Source: Macrostomum hystrix
Taxonomy: Eukaryota; Animalia; Platyhelminthes
Reading direction: 5' to 3'
Assembly (NCBI GenBank): GCA_950097015.1
Contig: CATNEN010000007.1
Coordinates: forward strand, 8,494,001 to 8,558,000
DNA length: 64,000 nt
Shown: in pieces, positions 42,979 through 54,981 of the stretch
Layout of the letters: the number at the start of each line of letters is the position of its first letter
Position numbering within the stretch: the stretch's first letter is position 1
Notes under the pieces: model-generated
The model's input: the letters and a program-made list of their open reading frames with translations, nothing else
Told to the model about the DNA's origin: nothing
The model's database searches: none
Made by a program: the position numbers and the translations under genes

Positions 42979-43268
42979 TGATTACACCTGCCCCAATTGG
43001 GTCAGATGTGCAGCCGACAGCACAGCCGCAGCTAATGCGCGGCGCATCTGAAGGCTGCGTACAGCTGTTCAGTCCACGGACTGGGGGGACGCCACACCCA
43101 CCTTCAATTATCCCAGCTGATGCTGGTACCCATTTAACAGCTGGGTGAACTGAAGCAATGCAGAGTTAAGTGTCTTGCTAAAGGACGCAAATTGTTCCAG
43201 TGGAGTCGGGAATCGAACCCCCGACCTTCAAGTCGTGAGTCGGACGCCTTAACCACTAGGCTACAACC
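42940..43268 (-). mobile_element. tRNA-derived SINE family B, full-length
   Basis: Minus strand: GGTTGTAGCCTAGTGGTTAAGGCG (A box), GGGTTCGATTCCCG (B box), CORE-like CTTTAGCAAGACACTTAAC, CACCCAGCTGTTAAATGGGTACC, a 3' CAGATG..CATCTG stem and an (ATT)n tail. Confidence 0.9.
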
Positions 43269-44081
43269 TCTAGATCTAAAAAATATTATAGAGCGTATTT
43301 TTCTCAGTCTTAAATCCACCGTCGCCGTGGTACGTGGTAATTCCACCGATAAAGTGAACTTCGTCAGTAGTAGGAATTCAATTCTAGGAAAGTTGACGAA
43401 TTAGGCAAGTAAACCTGCTTTATGTAAATTCTATTAACAAGTGTGGTTTCACTTACCAAATCGACTACTAGTAAGTAGTAAGGAAGGACTACTAGTAAGG
43501 AGCGCTTTTGTATGTTTTAATGTTTGAGTAATCGTTTAAACTACACACCCACTATTCAAATCACAGATCCCAAACAAAGAAATAAGCAAAACAAAAAATT
43601 ATACCTTAGCAGGCCTGGCTTGAATGTCCTAGCATCTGACGGCATGCACGAATTTGATAACTGAAGAACTCATGTATATTATAGCAAATCTGAGACAAAG
43701 GCAGTTAGCCGCAGCGGGTGGGTAAAGCGGGTTTTTCGATTCTAACACTGCAGAGTGGTGATAGTGTGGTCACTCACAACTGCTGTTGGAGTTAGTGCGA
43801 AAACTATTGAATTATATATTGGAGCGAAATCTCAGATAAATCTCACAGATGACATTTATCACACCCAGTCTAAATACTCATTTAACAGAAGACGCAGCCT
43901 CAAAAAACTGCGAATTTCATTCAATCTTGTAATAATTATGACCTTTGGCATTTCAAGAAGCTGAGGATAAGTAGATGAAAAAAATATATAAAAAATAACT
44001 TAGAATTTAGAACTTAGGGATTTCAGGGATTTATAACAGGTGAAATCTCGTGAAAAGGGAGCCCCAGAATACCTGATAATT

Positions 44082-45450
44082 TGGGGACATTAGGACAGCT
44101 GGTTATTAGGGATTTAGGACAACTGGTTATTAGGGGATTTAGGACAGCTGGTTATTAGGGGATTTAGGACAGCTGGTTATTAGGGGATTTAGGACAGCTG
44201 GTTATTAGGGGATTTAGGACAGCTGGTTATTAGGGGATTTAGGACAGCTGGTTATTAGGGGATTTAGGACAGCTGGTTATTAGGGGATTTAGGACAGCTG
44301 GTTATTAGGGGATTTAGGACAGCTGGTTATTAGGGGATTTAGGACAGCTGGTTATTAGGGGATTTAGGACAGCTGGTTATTAGGGGATTTAGGACAGCTG
44401 GTTATTAGGGGATTTAGGACAGCTGGTTATTAGGGGATTTAGGACAGCTGGTTATTAGGGGATTTAGGACAGCTGGTTATTAGGGGATTTAGGACAGCTG
44501 GTTATTAGGGGATTTAGGACAGCTGGTTATTAGGGGATTTAGGACAGCTGGTTATTAGGGGATTTAGGACAGCTGGTTATTAGGGGATTTAGGACAGCTG
44601 GTTATTAGGGGATTTAGGACAGCTGGTTATTAGGGGATTTAGGACAACTGGTTATTAGGGGATTTAGGACAGCTGGTTATTAGGGGATTTAGGACAGCTG
44701 GTTATTAGGGGATTTAGGACAGCTGGTTATTAGGGGATTTAGGACAGCTGGTTATTAGGGGATTTAGGACAGCTGGTTATTAGGGGATTTAGGACAGCTG
44801 GTTATTAGGGGATTTAGGACAGCTGGTTATTAGGGGATTTAGGACAACTGGTTATTAGGGGATTTAGGACAGCTGGTTATTAGGGGATTTAGGACAGCTG
44901 GTTATTAGGGGATTTAGGACAGCTGGTTATTAGGGGATTTAGGACAGCTGGTTATTAGGGGATTTAGGACAGCTGGTTATTAGGGGATTTAGGACAGCTG
45001 GTTATTAGGGGATTTAGGACAGCTGGTTATTAGGGGATTTAGGACAGCTGGTTATTAGGGGATTTAGGACAGCTGGTTATTAGGGGATTTAGGACAGCTG
45101 GTTATTAGGGGATTTAGGACAGCTGGTTATTAGGGGATTTAGGACAGCTGGTTATTAGGGGATTTAGGACAGCTGGTTATTAGGGGATTTAGGACAACTG
45201 GTTATTAGGGGATTTAGGACAGCTGGTTATTAGGGGATTTAGGACAGCTGGTTATTAGGGGATTTAGGACAGCTGGTTATTAGGGGATTTAGGACAGCTG
45301 GTTATTAGGGGATTTAGGACAGCTGGTTATTAGGGGATTTAGGACAGCTGGTTATTAGGGGATTTAGGACAGCTGGTTATTAGGGGATTTAGGACAGCTG
45401 GTTATTAGGGGATTTAGGACAACTGGTTATTAGGGGATTTAGGACAGCGA
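44082..45450. repeat. 25-bp minisatellite (GGGGATTTAGGACAGCTGGTTATTA)n, about 54 copies
   Basis: Nearly perfect array with an occasional G>A variant (GACAACTGG). Confidence 0.98.
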
Positions 45451-45921
45451 ATTAGGACAGAATAATGGGTTTTTAAATAGCTGACGATAAGGGATTTAGA
45501 ACAGTTATACAGGAATTAAGGGATTTTAAGTTACGGAATAGGCTGATTCGGAGTTAGCGAATAAAAAACAGCAGAGGCAAATTTGATTTAACGTGAACCA
45601 ACTGAGAGGCAATACTTTTTCCCGAACTAGAAACAAGAAGCAAAAAGGCAGAGGAGCCAGGCAGAAATGCATTTGAGCCAGGGGCACAGGGCAGAACTTT
45701 TCAAGTGAGAACAAGATGTGCCAGACCGAATAAGGAAAACTTTTCAATAAATTGCAACAAAGGCCTCCGCTTTCATATAGATACACAATGATGGGGATTA
45801 AAGAGCAGCTCATAGACGGCCATTGGGTTGTGCAAGAAACAGAACAATCAGTGCAAGCAGAGAAATTGGGATCCTAACACAAACCAACTGAAACGCAGAA
45901 AGCGCAGACGGAAATCACTCG

Positions 45922-47277
45922 ACCTCTATTCCCTGGCCTAGAACAGAGGGAGCTAATCTGACACCTCTATTCCCTGGCCTAGAACAGAGGGAGCTAATCT
46001 GACACCTCTATTCCCTGGCCTAGAACAGAGGGAGCTAATCTGACACCTCTATTCCCTGGCCTAGAACAGAGGGAGCTAATCTGACACCTCTATTTCCTGG
46101 CCTAGAACAGAGGGAGCTAATCTGACACCTCTATTCCCTGGCCTAGAACAGAGGGAGCTAATCTGACACCTCTATTCCCTGGCCTAGAACAGAGGGAGCT
46201 AATCTGACACCTCTATTCCCTGGCCTAGAACAGAGGGAGCTAATCTGACACCTCTATTCCCTGGCCTAGAACAGAGGGTGCTAATCTGACACCTCTATTC
46301 CCTGGCCTAGAACAGAGGGAGCTAATCTGACACCTCTATTCCCTGGCCTAGAACAGAGGGAGCTAATCTGACACCTCTATTCCCTGGCCTAGAACAGAGG
46401 GTGCTAATCTGACACCTCTATTCCCTGGCCTAGAACAGAGGGAGCTAATCTGACACCTCTATTCCCTGGCCTAGAACAGAGGGTGCTAATCTGACACCTC
46501 TATTCCCTGGCCTAGAACAGAGGGTGCTAATCTGACACCTCTATTCCCTGGCCTAGAACAGAGGGTGCTAATCTGACACCTCTATTCCCTGGCCTAGAAC
46601 AGAGGGAGCTAATCTGACACCTCTATTCCCTGGCCTAGAACAGAGGGTGCTAATCTGACACCTCTATTCCCTGGCCTAGAACAGAGGGTGCAAATCTGAC
46701 ACCTCTATTCCCTGGCCTAGAACAGAGGGAGCTAATCTGACACCTCTATTCCGTGGCCTAGAACAGAGGGTGCTAATCTGACACCTCTATTCCGTGGCCT
46801 AGAACAGAGGGTGCAAATCTGACACCTCTATTCCCTGGCCTAGAACAGAGGGAGCTAATCTGACACCTCTATTCCCTGGCCTAGAACAGAGGGAGCTAAT
46901 CTGACACCTCTATTCCCTGGCCTAGAACAGAGGGAGCTAATTTGACACCTCTATTCCCTGGCCTAGAACAGAGGGAACTAATCTGACACCTCTATTCCCT
47001 GGCCTAGAACAGAGGGTGCTAATCTGACACCTCTATTCCCTGGCCTAGAACAGAGGGAGCTAATCTGACACCTCTATTCCCTGGCCTAGAACAGAGGGAA
47101 CTAATCTGACACCTCTATTCCCTGGCCTAGAACAGAGGGAACTAATCTGACACCTCTATTCCCTGGCCTAGAACAGAGGGAACTAATCTGACACCTCTAT
47201 TCCCTGGCCTAGAACAGAGGAAGCTAATCTGACACCTCTATTCCCTGGCCTAGAACAGGGGGAACTAATCTGACACC
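45922..47277. repeat. 41-bp minisatellite, about 33 copies
   Basis: Unit ACACCTCTATTCCCTGGCCTAGAACAGAGGGAGCTAATCTG. Confidence 0.98.
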
Positions 47278-47652
47278 CGGCCATCCTGGCCTACACGCAG
47301 CCATCACAGGTAATCGAAAAGTGACAACAAAATCGTTAGAAAATATTACAATATAACGGAATGCTAACTCATATAGCAAATCAAAGTGTCAAAACACACA
47401 CACAATAAATCAAAAACCAAACAAAGCATACAGTTATCGATAATTACAAGTACACACAGTAGACTGGTGCCGGGAGAATTGAGTAGTACTTTATGTGATA
47501 TTCAGACAAAAATAAATTTTATCTAAAAAATATGATAATCAAAACAGTGTTCGCTAGCAAAGCGACGTTCGGCAATGCAATTTAATGGGTGAGTCGGAGA
47601 AGGCGAAATCACGCACTCACAGTCATAGTGCTGCACAACAAGGATAAAAAAT

Positions 47653-49960
47653 CTATCTGGCCGGTTGCAGGACCAGAGCCCGGACCTGGGCGTTGGAGAT
47701 CAGGTGAATGAAAATCCGGCATCGAGTGATAAATTTAGTGTTGTTTGCGAAGCGTTTGAAAGACTTGTGAGCATGGAGTTCCGTGTTGGATCACTGAGGC
47801 CGTGGCCTGCTGTGGGGGTCAGCCGAACTCGGCGAGTCGGGATCGGCAGCATACATCAGACGAGCTTCTGGAATGGGGAGTGAGGGGCTTTGAAGCGATC
47901 GAAGAATCATTCTCAAAGGATTGAAGATCGATTCTTAAGGGATTGAAGACCGATTCTCAAGGGATTGAAGAGTTAGAATCCCTTGAGAATTTCTCATTTT
48001 CTCATTCTCATTTGGATCAAACAGACTGGCAGTGTCTTTTGCAGTCATTTCCCCCAAGCCGGTGGGCTTCAAGGGGATTGAAGATCGATTCTCAAGGGAT
48101 TGAAGATCGATTCTCAAGGGATTGAAGATCGATTGTCAAGGGATTGAAGATCGATTCTCAAGGGGTTGAAGATCGATTGTCAAGGGGTTTAAGATCGATT
48201 CTCAAGGGATTGAAGATCGATTCTCAAGGGATTGAAGATCGATTCTCAAGGGATTGAAGAATCATTCTCAAGGGGTTGAAGATCGATTCTCAAGAGATTA
48301 AAGATCGATTCCCAAGGGGTTGAAGATCGATTCTCAAGTGATTAAAGATCGATTCTCAAGGGATTGAAGATCGTTTCCAAGGGGTTGATAGGCATAATAT
48401 AAATATAAAAATAATTCAAATAAAAAATCATATTAATAATAATTGCAGGAGGGCTGCGGGCACTGGCACATCATTTGGTGACACTAGACCCGCAGCAAGC
48501 GAGGAGGCAATTCTGCCTATTTCGCTGACTCCTGAGCACACACGCTCACAGATACTGTACGTAGGCATACGCTCACACAGGTGTGTACATCTGCCCTGAT
48601 TTTATCATCGTTAGGCCGAGTAAACTTTCACTGTGCCTTGGAGGTTGGCCCTCAAGGGCGTAAATTGCACGACAAGCCCCCTCGCCGCGGATCAAACTCA
48701 GGGACCTGACGCGAGAGGCAAACGAATTCACCGACCCCAAGGATTGATAGGCAATGGAAACGATTGATTGTCAAGACGGTAGCACTCACAGCCCTGCGCA
48801 GAATCTGGGTCTCGGGAATCTCCACGGAGATGAAGTACACCAGCTGGCGGTCCTGCACGCGGCTCACTGTGTACTGCAGGCTGTTCAGGCCGTCGGTGCG
48901 CCAGCGCTTCTTGCCGAGCTTAATGAGCTTGAAGCTGCAGAGCGGGGTGGGGTGGGGTGGGTGACGGTTTGGGCCTGGGTGGCGCATCTCCTGCCAGCCG
49001 TGCAAACTAGCGATGGCAAACGGAAGCTCAATGTGACCACCGTTCTGCTCCCCATCCTGTTCATTCACGATTTTATTAGATAAAAATTATTTTTTTTCGC
49101 CTCTTCTCAGAAACTTATTTTTATAATCGAATCCTATCTTAATTACCGTCAATTAATCTGAATAGTTTCCCATTAGGGTATGGGAAGCCTTCCCCCTCAC
49201 CTGGCCTCCTCTCTCTCACCTGGCCTTCTCTCTCTCACCTGGCCTTCTTTTTCTCACCTGGTCATCTCTCTCCCACCTGGCTATCTCTCTCACCCGGCCT
49301 TCTCTCTCTCTCACCCGGCCTTCTCTCTCTCTCACCCGGCCTTCTCTCTCTCTCACCCGGCCTTCTCTCTCTCTCACCCGGCCTTCTCTCTCTCTCACCC
49401 GGCCTTCTCTCTCTCTCACCCGGCCTTCTCTCTCTCTCACCCGGCCTTCTCTCTCTCTCACCTGGCCTTCTCTCTCTCTCACCTGGCCTTCTCTCTCTCT
49501 CACCCGGCCTTCTCTCTCTCTCACCCGGCCTTCTCTCTCTCTCACCCGGCCTTCTCTCTCTCTCACCCGGCCTTCTCTCTCTCTCACCCGGCCTTCTCTC
49601 TCTCTCACCCGGCCTTCTCTCTCTCTCTCACCCGGCCTTCTCTCTCTCTCACCCGGCCTTCTCTCTCTCTCTCACCCGGCCTTCTCTCTCTCTCACCTGG
49701 CCTCCTCTCTCTCTCACCTGGCCTTCTCTCTCTCTCACCTGACCTTCTCTCTCTCACCTGGCCTTCTCTGTCCCACCTGGCCTCCTGTCTCTCTCACCTG
49801 GCCTTCTCTCTCTCTCTCTCACCTGGCATTCTCTCTCTCTCACCTGGCATTCTCTCTCTCTCACCTGGCCTTCTCTCTTTCTCTCACGTGGCCTTCTCTC
49901 TTTCTCTCACGTGGCCTTCTCTCTTTCTCTCACCTGGCCTTCTCTCTTTCTCTCACCTGG

Positions 49961-49994
<34 letters not shown>

Positions 49995-52900
49995 TGGCCT
50001 TCTCTCTCTCTCTCTCACCTGGCCTTCTCTCTCTTTCTCTCACCTGGCCTTCTCTCTCTCTCTCTAACCTGGCCTTCTCTCTTTCTCTCACCTGGCCTTC
50101 TCTCTCTCTCTCTCTCTCTCACCTGGCCTTCTCTCTCTCTCTCTCTCACCTGGCCTTCTCTCTCCCACCTCGCCTCCTGTCTCTCTCACCTGGCCTTCTC
50201 TCTTCCAACAGGCATTCTCTCTCTCTCTATTTTCAAGGATGTTTTGTCTACCGCATCAGTTGTTATCTACCGCAACAGTGCCCGGGATTGGAGTTGCTCT
50301 ACTCTCTATCCCTGGTTTATGTTGCTAAGCGATCCCAGAGCCTCACCGCAAGGGGTTGGGCTTGTTCTTCTCCTCAGTCTTGTGCTTGATCATGGTGTAG
50401 CGGGCGATTGACAGGGGGTAGCGGCTGATCTTGAAGCCGGCCCAGACCACCCGGTTGGCAAAGTCGTCGTCTTCGCCGCCCCAGCCGAAGAACAGATTGG
50501 AGAAGCCGTTGATGGCCTCGAAGTGCGCGGGCGTGAGGGCGCAGGCACCGCCGAAGATGGTTTCGTAGGGAAGGCGGTATTTGAATTTGTCCACGGCCGC
50601 ACTCATATGCCTGGGGTGGGCGCCGCACCTGTACATGTTGTGGTCGTGCTCGGGCAGCAGGTCAACGTCGTGAAACACGAGGCAGTTGGGCTGGAACATT
50701 CGCATGGCCTCCCTGTAGCCTATGTTAAACAGCATGGCCCGATTGAAGCGAGTTGTTCCCGCCTGTTGTCATGGAGACGGAGGGTGGGGAGGCGAATGTG
50801 TGAAACATTTGGATCAAACAGACTGGCAGTGTCTTTTGCAGTCATTTCCCCCAAGCCGGTGGATGCATTAGTTACCATGGCAACTGATCACTAGAGTACA
50901 CAGGCTGGGCTGCAATGGGATCGATGCGCTTTGCAAATAGTGGCAGGCTCAAATATCCACCGAGGTTTAATACAATAAAAGGGCGGGGCCGCTCTATGAA
51001 GCAGCTGCAGGCTGGGGCAGACTTAGCAGAATGAAGTTGCGTGGGCTCAGCACACACTGAGCAATGCGAGGCGCGCACTGCCTCTTTAAGGCGAGCAGTC
51101 ATGAGTGTTAGAGCTAATGTTACCGTAGCACAAGGCCCACGGTAAAAAGAAGCCTTTGTTGAGTAACAGACTGCGTTTCTAGTCACAATGATCCATACTA
51201 GCCCACTAATCGATAATTAATGCGACCCAACACTGAATCAAAACCAGTACAGTCTTGCTGAAAGATTGCCGGTACGGGCTCGTATAAATTGCCGGCAAAA
51301 CTCTTTAGTAAGGCAGGCGGAAAAAATACAGGCTGAAGGCTCGTTAGCACCCATTAAAAATTGCAGGTAAAGCAAAACTGAAACGGTATGCGTAGCAGGA
51401 ACTCAACACACGTCTGCTGATTGTGCGCATTTTAAACTCTGGGTGAAAAATTTGTATATAGAATTAAAGCCGTCTGCAAATGTCAGGTCTGTTTTCACTG
51501 TGCTAATTCTCCATTCACTGTCCTGATTCTCCATTCACTGTGCTGAGTCTCCATTCACTGTGCTGATTCTCCATTCACTGTGCTGATTCTCCATTCACTG
51601 TGCTAATTCTCCATTCACTGTGCTGATTCTCCATTCACTGTGCTGATTCTCCATTCACTGTGCTAATTCTCCATTCACTGTGCTGATTCTCCATTCACTG
51701 TGCTAATTCTCCATTCACTGTCCTGATTCTCCATTCACTGTGCTGATTCTCCATTCACTGTGCTGATTCTCCATTCACTGTGCTAATTCTCCATTCACTG
51801 TGCTAATTCTCCATTCACTGTGCTAATTCTCCATTCACTGTGCTAATTCTCCATTCACTGTGCTAATTCTCCATTCACTGTGCTGATTCTCCATTCACTG
51901 TGCTAATTCTCCATTCACTGTGCTAATTCTCCATTCACTGTGCTGATTCTCCATTCACTGTGCTAATTCTCCATTCACTGTGCTAATTCTCCATTCACTG
52001 TGCTAATTCTCCATTCACTGTCCTGATTCTCTATTCACTGTGCTGATTCTCCATTCACTGTGCTGATTCTCCATTCACTGTGCTAATTCTCCATTCACTG
52101 TGCTAATTCTCCATTCACTGTGCTAATTCTCCATTCACTGTGCTAATTCCCCATTCACTGTGCTAATTCTCCATTCACTGTGCTAATTCTCCATTCACTG
52201 TGCTAATTCCCCATTCACTGTGCTAATTCCCCATTCACTGTGCTAATTCTCCATTCACTGTGCTAATTCCCCATTCACTGTGCTAATTCCCCATTCACTG
52301 TGCTTATTCCCCATTTCACTGTTCTGATTCTCCATTCACTGTGCTAATTCTCCATTCACTGTTCTGATTCTCCATTCACTGTGCTAATTCTCCATTCACT
52401 GTGCTAATTCCCCATTCACTGTGCTAATTCTCCATTCACTGTGCTGATTCTCCATTCACTGTGCTAATTCCCCATTCACTGTGCTTATTCCCCATTTCAC
52501 TGTTCTGATTCTCCATTCACTGTGCTGATTCTCCATTCACTGTGCTGATTCTCCATTCACTGTGCTGATTCTCCATTCACTGTGCTGATTCTCCATTCAC
52601 TGTGCTAATTCTCCATTCACTGTGCTGATTCTCCATTCACTGTGCTGATTCTCCATTCACTGTGCTAATTCTCCATTAACTGTGCTAATTCTCCATTCAC
52701 TGTGCTAATTCTCCATTCACTGTGCTAATTCTCCATTCACTGTGCTGATTCTCCATTCACTGTGCTAATTCTCCATTCACTGTGCTGATTCTCCATTCAC
52801 TGTGCTGATTCTCCATTCACTGTGCTGATTCTCCATTAACTGTGCTAATTCTCCATTCACCGCCACCCGCACCTGTTCGATAGCGAATATTCGAAAGTGC

Positions 52901-53571
52901 AGCTGTTGCCTCAGTAGCATGGGCAACAGGTTGGCCAGGAAGAGACGCAGGTGGGCGTCCCGGTTCCTGTAGGGCACCACAATGGCCACGCGCTGTCTGG
53001 CCCGACAGTCTGCTGGCCGGGCGCCACCGTGCCGGACATCCGGAAACTTAGCGACCAGCTCCGACCAATCGAGGGCCCGGGCCGGGTCCGCCTGAATGTC
53101 GGCTTTGGCCACCAGGCCGCGCAGACCGGGCGGCACGTTTGGGCACAGCGGCAGCTGAAGGGCGCCGTCGCTAGCGTCTACCTCGATGCTTTCCGTCGTC
53201 GTTGCTAAAGTCCCATTGACATCGACTTGCCGCACCTCGATGTTGCGGCCAGCTGCCTGTGCCAGTCTTATCAGCGTCACGAAGCTCGTGGCGTTGACAG
53301 CCAGAATTCGGCTGTCCTTGCCCACAGCTGAGCTGCCGGCGCTCGTGTATTCGGACGGCCGGGTCTGGCTGAACAGGTGTGAGCACAGCAGGCTAGAGTT
53401 GATGAGCAGCTGAGTGCAGGCAAACAGCGCCAGCACGCAGCAGGCGCTGCGGTAGGGGTGGCCGCGAGCCTGGACGGCAAGCCGGCGAAACCAGATGCTA
53501 GGCTGTGGGTGGTGCATGCGCAATGAGTCTATAAACCCATGCGGACCAGGAGACTCGCTTTCTAATTGCAT
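47653..53571 (-). CDS. Beta-1,4-galactosyl/N-acetylgalactosaminyltransferase (GT7), about 430 aa
   Basis: Exons 53571-52873, 50762-50347, 48934-48790 and probable 47685-47653. Type II TM, VAIVVPYRNR, FNRAMLFN, FHDVDLLP, GWGGEDDD, DGLNSL. Start codon and last exon are less certain. Confidence 0.9.
47890..48388. repeat. 22-bp minisatellite (GATTGAAGATCGATTCTCAAGG)n interrupted by an insert
   Basis: Near-palindromic unit; array broken at about 47971-48070. Confidence 0.92.
48434..48738 (-). mobile_element. SINE family A copy
   Basis: (AAT)n TGCAGGAGGGCTGCGGG...CCCGCAG...CCTTGGAGGTTGGCCCTC...CTCAGGGACC. Confidence 0.85.
49195..50228. repeat. Pyrimidine-rich compound repeat, (CT)n-CACCYGGCCTT, about 21-bp period
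   Basis: Direct inspection; lies in GT7 intron 2. Confidence 0.95.
51495..52860. repeat. 20-bp minisatellite (TGTGCTRATTCTCCATTCAC)n, about 68 copies
   Basis: Begins 12 bp from the GT7 exon 1 donor. Confidence 0.98.
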
Positions 53572-54612
53572 ACCATGAAGCCAGGCGATCGAATGTCACC
53601 CCCATGCGAAACAATATGCGTTATTCAGCAAGCTCAATTCTTTTAACTTAGACAGATTTAAGCTGTTTTTGGACGGGCCGCGCATTAACTGCCGCTGTGG
53701 CACTGGCTAGGAATCTGTGCCGAATATACATTATTTTTTTGCAGCAGGCAAGTGGCTGGTACTGTGGTACTAAATATACACTAAATATACCCGCTCTGGC
53801 AATGCTGAGATCTGAGTCGACTACAGTAGTTCCAAAGCAGTTCTGTAAGCAGACGCAAATACCAGCTACGCCTTGCTCTCTTCCATGTGTATTCTGAGTT
53901 AGATGTGCTCTAATTGATCAGTTAAGCAAACAGAATTAAGGTGAGGAGAAGTTATTAAAAGAATTTTCTCGTCTCTCATAAAGCTAGCTTTAAGTGGCAT
54001 ATTGTCATAAAAGGTTGAAAATTCATTATAGCAAGATCTAGAATGGAAATGCGAAATACCATCTGCAAGATGGGCCTAGCAGTTTATACTAATAATATGT
54101 AAGGATTTCTGATAGTATTGAACAAAATCAGTAACATAATTCACAGTAATATTGATAATTGCATCATCAATACCTAGACCCACACACACATGAGACTCTA
54201 AATTTATAAAGCTCAGCTCAGTTAATATTTATAATTTGTATATTCAGAAGTTGGCATCTGGCCAAGCCAGTGCTGGGACAAACAAGTCTTCTTGCTTCTA
54301 AAAATTTAGTTCACCTGCTAATAACCAGGTGAGCTATTAATAGCTTTTTGTACTTTAAGACAGTAAGCTAGTAATGAGTAAAAAACTTCAGGATTGAGTT
54401 TAGCAGCAGAAAGGCACAGATAGAATGATTTCATAGAAATAACAGTAATAATTAAGTATAAGTACAGGAGACAAAAATGTATTTTTACCCTATCTCTTAA
54501 ATGCATTAAAATTTTTGTTATCTGAAAAATAAAAATAGGAATTTAATATGTTGACAAAAAATTTGATCAAATATTGACAATAGATATTTTAAAATGTTAA
54601 TAGTCTATTGAA

Positions 54613-54981
54613 GTATTATAATAATAATAATAACTGCAGGAGGGCTGCAGGCGATGGCACACTATTTAATAACACTAGAACCAGAGGCAGCACTGAAGCA
54701 ATTCTGCCCATTTCACTGACTCCTGAGCACATATACACATAGATACTGTACACAGACATATGTTCACACAGGTGTACTCTACATCTGCCATCTTTCTCAT
54801 TGTCAGGCAGTGTACATTTTACTATGCCTTGGAGGTTGGCCCTTAAGGGCATAAATTGCACAACAAACCCCAAGCCTTCTCTCTGTGGCCATATCCAAAT
54901 AAAAGTATTCTGGCGACAGAGTTGAACTTAGGTACCATAGTTCAAGAGGCAAATACATTAACTACTATGCCACCAACCTCC
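54613..54981 (-). mobile_element. SINE family A copy, CpG-decayed
   Basis: Collinear with the other family A copies, from the (AAT)n tail to the tRNA head. Confidence 0.8.

Noticed and set aside
43190-43268. Genuine tRNA gene
   Set aside because: It continues into a SINE body and (ATT)n tail, and related fragments occur elsewhere in the window.
49180-50411. Ser/Leu/His- and Arg/Glu-rich ORFs
   Set aside because: Arise from the CT-rich compound repeat.
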